DNA from: Spirochaetia bacterium
GTDB taxonomy: Bacteria; Spirochaetota; Spirochaetia; B11-G9
Direction: 5' to 3'
Length of the DNA stretch: 31,280 nt
Assembly: GCA_027859095.1 (NCBI GenBank)
Contig: JAQIBN010000114.1
Coordinates: 1-31,280 of the forward strand
Program-made: the position numbers and the translations under genes
Shown: one piece after another, positions 26,204 through 31,280 of the stretch
Layout of the letters: each line of letters starts with the position of its first letter
How positions within the stretch are numbered: the first letter of the stretch is position 1
The notes under the pieces: generated by a model
What the model saw: only the letters and a program-made list of their open reading frames with translations
Databases searched by the model: none
What the model was told of the DNA's origin: nothing

Positions 26204-26722
26204 TTATAGGGTCTGGTATTTACCAGTTACTGCATCTACCATAATATTGAAATTTTCTCTCGTTCTATTGGTGCATTTTATAATCCAGAAAGGTTTATAG
26301 ACAAGTTCCCTCTCTATAACCTGTACTTTGGGAACCATTAGAGCCTTCCTCTTTAGGATAGAAGCATGTGTAAGATAGGTTCTGGCAGATTTGAATGCTT
26401 CCTCCTCTGAAATTGAAGCTGTAAGAATGTTTCCTGAAACTACCTCAATATTTTCCTTTTCAAACCTGTCGGTTGTCGAAGCAATATTATTTATCATATC
26501 GACAAAGCAGGACGCTTCCATTATTCTGCTCTTTCCAATTATTGTATTTACTGTGTAATGAAAAAAAACCCAGTAGTATGGATAGAAAACTATTTTTTGG
26601 GATTTTGGAATATAGTTTTCAATGAATGGTTGAACAATTGATACTGCTTCATTGCTGCTGAGAGATCCTTTTATAGAATTGATGACCATTTTTTTTGCTG
26701 TTGTACTTATTGTGTCTACCAA
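26204..26722 (-). CDS. Hypothetical protein (172 aa), no recognisable family.
   Basis: ORF between the symporter terminator and the TPR gene. No motifs recognised. Confidence 0.4.
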   Translation of the reverse strand: MVDTISTTAKKMVINSIKGSLSSNEAVSIVQPFIENYIPKSQKIVFYPYYWVFFHYTVNTIIGKSRIMEASCFVDMINNIASTTDRFEKENIEVVSGNILTASISEEEAFKSARTYLTHASILKRKALMVPKVQVIERELVYKPFWIIKCTNRTRENFNIMVDAVTGKYQTL

Positions 26723-26740
26723 GTTTAATCCTTAATTACT

Positions 26741-26780
26741 GTAATAATAAAACAGGAAGTCTCATATTTGAGACTTCCTG
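26741..26780 (-). terminator. Intrinsic terminator of the SSS symporter gene: CAGGAAGTCTCA-AATA-TGAGACTTCCTG followed by TTTTATTATT (minus strand).
   Basis: 12-bp perfect stem with a U-rich tail on the minus strand, directly after the stop at 26802. Confidence 0.8.
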
Positions 26781-26801
26781 CATAATAAAATTAGATATAA
26801 A

Positions 26802-28349
26802 TTATTTATCGAGTTTTCTTTTGACTGCCATTGCTTCAGGCGAGAGGTCAAACTCTGCACTGGTTAACATACCCTTGGGGATAGGTCCAACTTCTGCAGT
26901 CAGATCCATTGCTTTGTGTATATATTCTGGAACCGGACTAGATTTCTGCGTAGCAAGACTTACGAATATCATTAAAATCCATGAGGCCACCAGACCTGCC
27001 ACCATAGGGGGTAATATAAAACCTGTTATTTCTGATAAATAAGCGACTAATGCGCCTCCTACCATGGAAGCTATTGCCCCGGGAGTATTGGCTTTTTTCC
27101 ACCATACAGCACAAACATATGCAGGAAGAAATGCACTTCCGAGAACTGATGTTGTAAATATTACGATTGCAAATATACCTGGGGGGGCAACCACAGCAAC
27201 AATAAATCCGATAACACCTATTGCCAATATCAGGATTCTTGAAACCAGAACCATTTCTTTATCATTCGCTTTAGGATGAATAAAGCGCTGGTAAAGATCT
27301 CTCGAAGCAATAGTTCCTACCTGAAGAAGGATAGAATCGGCAGTGGACATAATAGCAGCCATAATAGCAGCCATAACAATTCCTGTAACAGCTGAAGGAA
27401 GGAGTTCACCGGCAAGGGTAAAAATGGCCATTTCCGGATCTGCTAGATTAGGAAGAAGGATAATTGCAAAAATACCAAGCATATAGGGCGCTGTAACAAA
27501 GAAAAGATTCCAGATGGTGGAATAAACACCAGCCATTCTGGCTGTTTTTGGGCTTTTCATTGCCATGTGACGAGTAACTACGTGAGGCCAACCCATATAA
27601 CCTACGGAGAAGATAAGGACGGCTCCCAGAATATCAGGCCATGCCCCTTTATGGGCGAGACCCTTTCCCCATATTGAAAGATATGTGGGATCGATTTGTC
27701 CAATTGCAATATTGGCCGCTGTAAAACCACCTACAGCATTCAGAGTTGCTGCAAATATCCATACCATTCCAACAAGCATTACAAGACTTTGAAAGAAATC
27801 CGTATAAGCTACGGCGAAATACCCACCCAGGAAGGTATAGATCATAATAATACCAACAGCGAAGGCTAGAGCTGCCCAATAGGGTAGTCCTGTAACCAAA
27901 GCCATACCCTTTCCACCAGCTATGAACTGTGCCAAAACGTAGAAGAAAAGGAAGAATACAGAGAGACCTCCAGCGATCATGCGTGTTGCCGGATGTGGAT
28001 ATCTATGTTCCAGATACTCAATTGAAGTAAGAGATCCAAGAAGTTTTGAGAGTTTTCTCATCCTTCGGCCAATTACTGACAGATTAACTACACCACCACC
28101 AATATCTCCTGATGCATAAAAAATGGACCAGTATCCAGTGGTAAATCCTGCAGAACCGCCTCCAAGAAACATGTAACCACTCATTGAAGTTGACTGCAGC
28201 GTCATAGCTGTGACGAGTGGGCCAACCTGTCTGCCACCCAGAAGATATCCTTCCAGATCCTTTGCCCCGCCTTTCTTAACGGCCCAAAACCCAATGGTAA
28301 CAACTACTACGTAATAGAAAACAAGAAAGATCAGTACAGTACTACCCAT
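26802..28349 (-). CDS. Sodium:solute symporter family transporter (PutP/PanF-like).
   Basis: About 13 TM segments; SSS family regions GGRQVGPLVTAMTLQSTSMSGYMFLGGGSAGF and the AIFTLAGELLPSAVTGIVMAAIMAAIMSTADS block. Confidence 0.8.
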   Translation of the reverse strand: MGSTVLIFLVFYYVVVVTIGFWAVKKGGAKDLEGYLLGGRQVGPLVTAMTLQSTSMSGYMFLGGGSAGFTTGYWSIFYASGDIGGGVVNLSVIGRRMRKLSKLLGSLTSIEYLEHRYPHPATRMIAGGLSVFFLFFYVLAQFIAGGKGMALVTGLPYWAALAFAVGIIMIYTFLGGYFAVAYTDFFQSLVMLVGMVWIFAATLNAVGGFTAANIAIGQIDPTYLSIWGKGLAHKGAWPDILGAVLIFSVGYMGWPHVVTRHMAMKSPKTARMAGVYSTIWNLFFVTAPYMLGIFAIILLPNLADPEMAIFTLAGELLPSAVTGIVMAAIMAAIMSTADSILLQVGTIASRDLYQRFIHPKANDKEMVLVSRILILAIGVIGFIVAVVAPPGIFAIVIFTTSVLGSAFLPAYVCAVWWKKANTPGAIASMVGGALVAYLSEITGFILPPMVAGLVASWILMIFVSLATQKSSPVPEYIHKAMDLTAEVGPIPKGMLTSAEFDLSPEAMAVKRKLDK

Positions 28350-28488
28350 TGTTACTACCGCCTTCTTCCTTAGTCTCTAAGTCATCTGGCCAGTCCTTAC
28401 TTTTTATATAGAAGATGATTGTGTAAACAATCCAAAAAATAGGGAAACCGAAGAGTACGGCTACCGTCATGCCTGGTAATCCAAACAT
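28342..28488 (-). CDS. 48-aa single-TM micro-protein (MFGLPGMTVAVLFGFPIFWIVYTIIFYIKSKDWPDDLETKEEGGSNNG), overlapping the start of the SSS symporter. YhdT/DUF997-like symporter-associated small protein.
   Basis: Not in the ORF track (too short). Strong RBS GGAGG 7 nt upstream of the ATG, one TM helix plus an acidic tail. Its stop codon overlaps the symporter ATG (AATGGGTAG). Confidence 0.5.
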   Translation of the reverse strand: MFGLPGMTVAVLFGFPIFWIVYTIIFYIKSKDWPDDLETKEEGGSNNG

Positions 28489-28519
28489 ATAAACCTCCAA
28501 AAATTAAAATATTAAAGGT

Positions 28520-28548
28520 ATTATAATATGGAATTTAAATTAGTACAA
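28520..28548 (-). promoter_or_regulatory. Sigma70-type promoter (TTGTAC - 17 - TATAAT) for the micro-protein / SSS symporter operon.
   Basis: Perfect -10 TATAAT and 17-nt spacer on the minus strand, about 30 nt upstream of the small ORF RBS. Confidence 0.5.
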
Positions 28549-28643
28549 ACTTTTTTACCTAAAAAACAAGTTGATTCCACTGTTATAACAATGATATACG
28601 TTATCTACTCAATGGGATTGAGTTTTAGTGTTCAGGTATTGTG

Positions 28644-29477
28644 CTAAAAAAAAATACTCACTTCCTCCAATATTTTTTCCTGTTCGGGGTTTATTCCCAG
28701 CAGAAGGCTGTTTTTTAGTAAAAGTGTCTTTTCGTCGGGGTCTATTCTGTATTTTCCCCGCAATTTTTTTTCAAAGTCAACGTATAATCTTATTAATTCG
28801 CTTCTGTTTCCAAGAAATCCTAGAGCTGTCATGATTAGCCTGTAAGCCGGTTCACAGTATGGATCAGAAGAAATAAGTTTCCTGCCGAATTCGAGAGATT
28901 CCCGATATAGACCCTTATAAACAGTGAGGCGCAGTATGCTGAAAAGAAGTGTCTGATAAATATGTTTTAATTTTAATCTTTCCTCGTCGAGAGGAAGATC
29001 AGTGCTTATGTTTTCAAAAAAATCCCCCCTGTACAGTTTAAGGGTTCTGAAAGCGATACTAATTGCTTCATCGATATTATTATCATTTTCTAAATATTTT
29101 ACCGTTTCCACTCCATCCAGGAAGTTATCTACATCAATCTCTACTGAATCCATATTTAAATATATATAATTCCTGTCTATTTTGAGGAAATCTTTGTTGA
29201 TTCCAAATGATTTATTTAATCGATAGATAAGGGTATTTAAGTTGCTTCTCTTACTTCTTTCTGAATAGTTTGTCCAGAAGAGGTTAAAAATTACTTTTTT
29301 AGGTAAACCGTCTTTCCTGTGAAGAATAAGGAGAATTATTAAATCCTGGATCATATGTTGTTTAATAAATTCAACTGTCTTAAGTTTTTTCTCATCTAAA
29401 ATTATACTTAGTGCACCCAGTGTATTAAATTCAAGCTTATGTTTTTCTTTTTTAGAATTCTTTTGATATTCTGCCAT
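28644..29477 (-). CDS. SARP-like transcriptional regulator (OmpR-type winged-helix DNA-binding domain plus BTAD helical domain).
   Basis: N-terminal LEFNTLGALSIILDEKKLK matches the SARP start LxFxLLGPLxV..DG. The C-terminal region YRLIMTALGFLGNRSELIRLYVDFEKKLRGKYRIDPDEKT is BTAD-like. Confidence 0.5.
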   Translation of the reverse strand: MAEYQKNSKKEKHKLEFNTLGALSIILDEKKLKTVEFIKQHMIQDLIILLILHRKDGLPKKVIFNLFWTNYSERSKRSNLNTLIYRLNKSFGINKDFLKIDRNYIYLNMDSVEIDVDNFLDGVETVKYLENDNNIDEAISIAFRTLKLYRGDFFENISTDLPLDEERLKLKHIYQTLLFSILRLTVYKGLYRESLEFGRKLISSDPYCEPAYRLIMTALGFLGNRSELIRLYVDFEKKLRGKYRIDPDEKTLLLKNSLLLGINPEQEKILEEVSIFF

Positions 29478-29797
29478 AAAAAAAAAATTCTTCTATTCTT
29501 ATCGGTTCTTTAGGTGGGATGTACTGAGTTGTATTCAATATTGTCTCCTGTTAATAGACTATTTTAATATACTTATTGTAAGCAGTTTCTATGCCAATAG
29601 TATAAAAATGATATTTTAAGCTTTTATGGCAGTTATGTATGTTTTATTCTATTGATATAGCCGGGGAGGCTGTCTTTTTTACCGGATAAGTTGTAAAATT
29701 GCAACAAATATTTAGATTATACATGTAACTATATGTAACAAAACGAATTATATATTATTGTGTAGAAGCAACTGTTTGTTGCAAAAAGGAAACTGGT

Positions 29798-31219
29798 GTG
29801 GTGGAAGAAAATGCTGTAAATATGATGGAATACTACAAACATCTTGAAGAAGAGTTCCGGGCAATTTTTGATTACTCATACGATGGAATATTTATTTCGG
29901 ATGGCGACGGGAAAGTTGTGAGAATCAATAAATCATGTGAAATTATGGAAGGAATAAAATCAAGTAATGTTGTCGGTAAAAGTCTTGAGCAATTATTGGA
30001 TGAAGGCTACTACAATAATTCTGTTACCTTGGAGGTATTAAAGAAAAAAATACCCATTACACAGCTTCAGATAGCAAAGAATGGTAGAAGGCTGATGTGT
30101 ACAGGGGTTCCTATTTTCCAAAATGGCAGGATACAGCGGGTTGTAATAAATTCCCGTGACATAAGCGAACTTACTTTACTGGAAAAGGAGTTACAGGAAA
30201 CTCGCATTCACAGTGGAAAACTTCAGTCGAGAGTAGAAATACTTGAAAAAAAAATTAACCTTGATAATTATCCTGTTTTTAAAAGCACTTGTATGCAGAA
30301 TATAATGAATACTATAGTGCATATTGCAGAATTTGATTCTACTCTTCTATTAACCGGTGAATCGGGTGTTGGAAAGGAGATGATTGCACGTCTGGTTCAT
30401 AAAAAAAGTAAAAGAAATAAAGCTTCCTTTGTTAAGGTTGACTGCAGTGCTATTCCTGCTTCTTTGTTTGAGTCCGAGTTATTTGGTTATGATAAAGGAG
30501 CTTTTACCGGAGCTGAACGACAGGGTAAGATTGGGCTTCTTGAATTAGCTGATAAAGGAACACTCCTTATTGATGAAGTAGGAGAACTGCCTCTGGGGCA
30601 GCAGGTTAAGCTTTTACGGTTTATTCAGGATAGGGAAATTATAAAAGTGGGAGGAAAGAAAACAATATCAGTTGACACCAGAATAATTGCAGCAACAAAC
30701 AGGAATCTTTTAAGTATGGTTGAAGCAGAAACCTTCAGAAAGGATCTCTACTACCGGCTTAATGTAATCCCTATTGTAATACCTCCTTTGCGGGATAGAA
30801 AAGATGATATATTTGTCTTGATACAATTTTTTCTTGATAAATTTAATAAAGAATTTGGAATTGTTAAAGCTCTGGATAAGGAAAGTTTGGAAATTTTAGA
30901 AGAGTATAGATGGCCTGGGAATGTGAGGGAACTTGAAAATATAATTGAGCGTCTTATCGTCTTGAGTTCTGGGAAAAAGATAAGTAAAAATGACCTTCCT
31001 GGAGATATAACTGAGTACCGCTATTTTCATAAACTACTATCGGAAATTAAAGAAGAGGATACATATCGTACGACACTTTTTAAAGTAGAAAGGGAATTGC
31101 TTATGAATGCTATGGGAAAGTCGCAGAACTTAAGAGAGATGTCAAAAATACTTGGGTTAGACAAAAGTTCCATTTCTCGAAAATTAAAAAAACACAAGAT
31201 TCTGTTAACTTATAGATAA
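29798..31219 (+). CDS. Sigma54-dependent transcriptional activator with N-terminal PAS sensor, central AAA+ sigma54-interaction domain and C-terminal Fis-type HTH.
   Basis: Walker A GESGVGKEMIARLVH, the sigma54-contact ESELFGY motif (GAFTGA-loop region), Walker B LLIDEVGELP, arginine finger YRLNV, and C-terminal HTH LREMSKILGLDKSSISRKLKK. Confidence 0.85.
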   Translation: MVEENAVNMMEYYKHLEEEFRAIFDYSYDGIFISDGDGKVVRINKSCEIMEGIKSSNVVGKSLEQLLDEGYYNNSVTLEVLKKKIPITQLQIAKNGRRLMCTGVPIFQNGRIQRVVINSRDISELTLLEKELQETRIHSGKLQSRVEILEKKINLDNYPVFKSTCMQNIMNTIVHIAEFDSTLLLTGESGVGKEMIARLVHKKSKRNKASFVKVDCSAIPASLFESELFGYDKGAFTGAERQGKIGLLELADKGTLLIDEVGELPLGQQVKLLRFIQDREIIKVGGKKTISVDTRIIAATNRNLLSMVEAETFRKDLYYRLNVIPIVIPPLRDRKDDIFVLIQFFLDKFNKEFGIVKALDKESLEILEEYRWPGNVRELENIIERLIVLSSGKKISKNDLPGDITEYRYFHKLLSEIKEEDTYRTTLFKVERELLMNAMGKSQNLREMSKILGLDKSSISRKLKKHKILLTYR

Positions 31220-31280
31220 AGTTAATTATATTTCAAATTATCCTGAAATTAATTTGACATAATCTCACTTCATGTTATAC

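Noticed and set aside
29690-29790. TTGCAACAAA ... TTTGTTGCAA read as a sigma54 -12 element (TTGCA) for the divergent genes.
   Set aside because: No GG dinucleotide at the required -24 position upstream of either TTGCA. More consistent with an inverted-repeat protein-binding site than with a sigma54 promoter.
1-31280. CRISPR arrays, rRNA/tRNA genes, transposases, integrases, phage genes.
   Set aside because: No regularly spaced direct repeats with unique spacers. No tRNA cloverleaf-like segments noticed. No ORF with DDE, tyrosine-recombinase or serine-recombinase motifs. The window appears to be chromosomal backbone with only small accessory elements.

Overview
AT-rich (about 35-38% GC) bacterial chromosomal window, probably from an anaerobic, diderm-type organism. 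Three blocks are visible. (i) Positions 1043-7624, minus strand: a tightly translationally coupled seven-gene envelope module. It encodes a YtrA-like GntR regulator, a polytopic SPFH/band-7 protein, an ABC ATPase, two MacB/FtsX-type permeases, a LolA-like periplasmic protein and a putative outer-membrane beta-barrel. It is followed by a vapBC toxin-antitoxin pair and a DUF454/YbaN gene. (ii) Positions 9000-23530: a complete reductive pyrimidine catabolism locus. It comprises dihydropyrimidinase, preT-preA dihydropyrimidine dehydrogenase, a CN-hydrolase beta-ureidopropionase candidate, two NCS2 nucleobase permeases and an EamA exporter. It is interrupted by an nhaC antiporter gene, a tauE/SafE - class V aminotransferase pair and an arsR-family regulator. 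It has well-formed sigma70 promoters, intrinsic terminators and several unusual repeat or hairpin structures. (iii) Positions 23530-31280: an ORF-free, GC-elevated region of about 850 nt that carries a near-canonical group II intron domain V/VI signature directly downstream of an intrinsic terminator (candidate ORF-less class-C-like intron or remnant). After it come a DUF2877-like protein, a TPR membrane protein, an unknown protein, an SSS symporter with a 48-aa leader micro-protein, a SARP/BTAD regulator and a PAS-sigma54 activator. No CRISPR array, rRNA/tRNA gene, transposase or integrase was seen. All calls are from reading the sequence and recalled family signatures; no searches were run.
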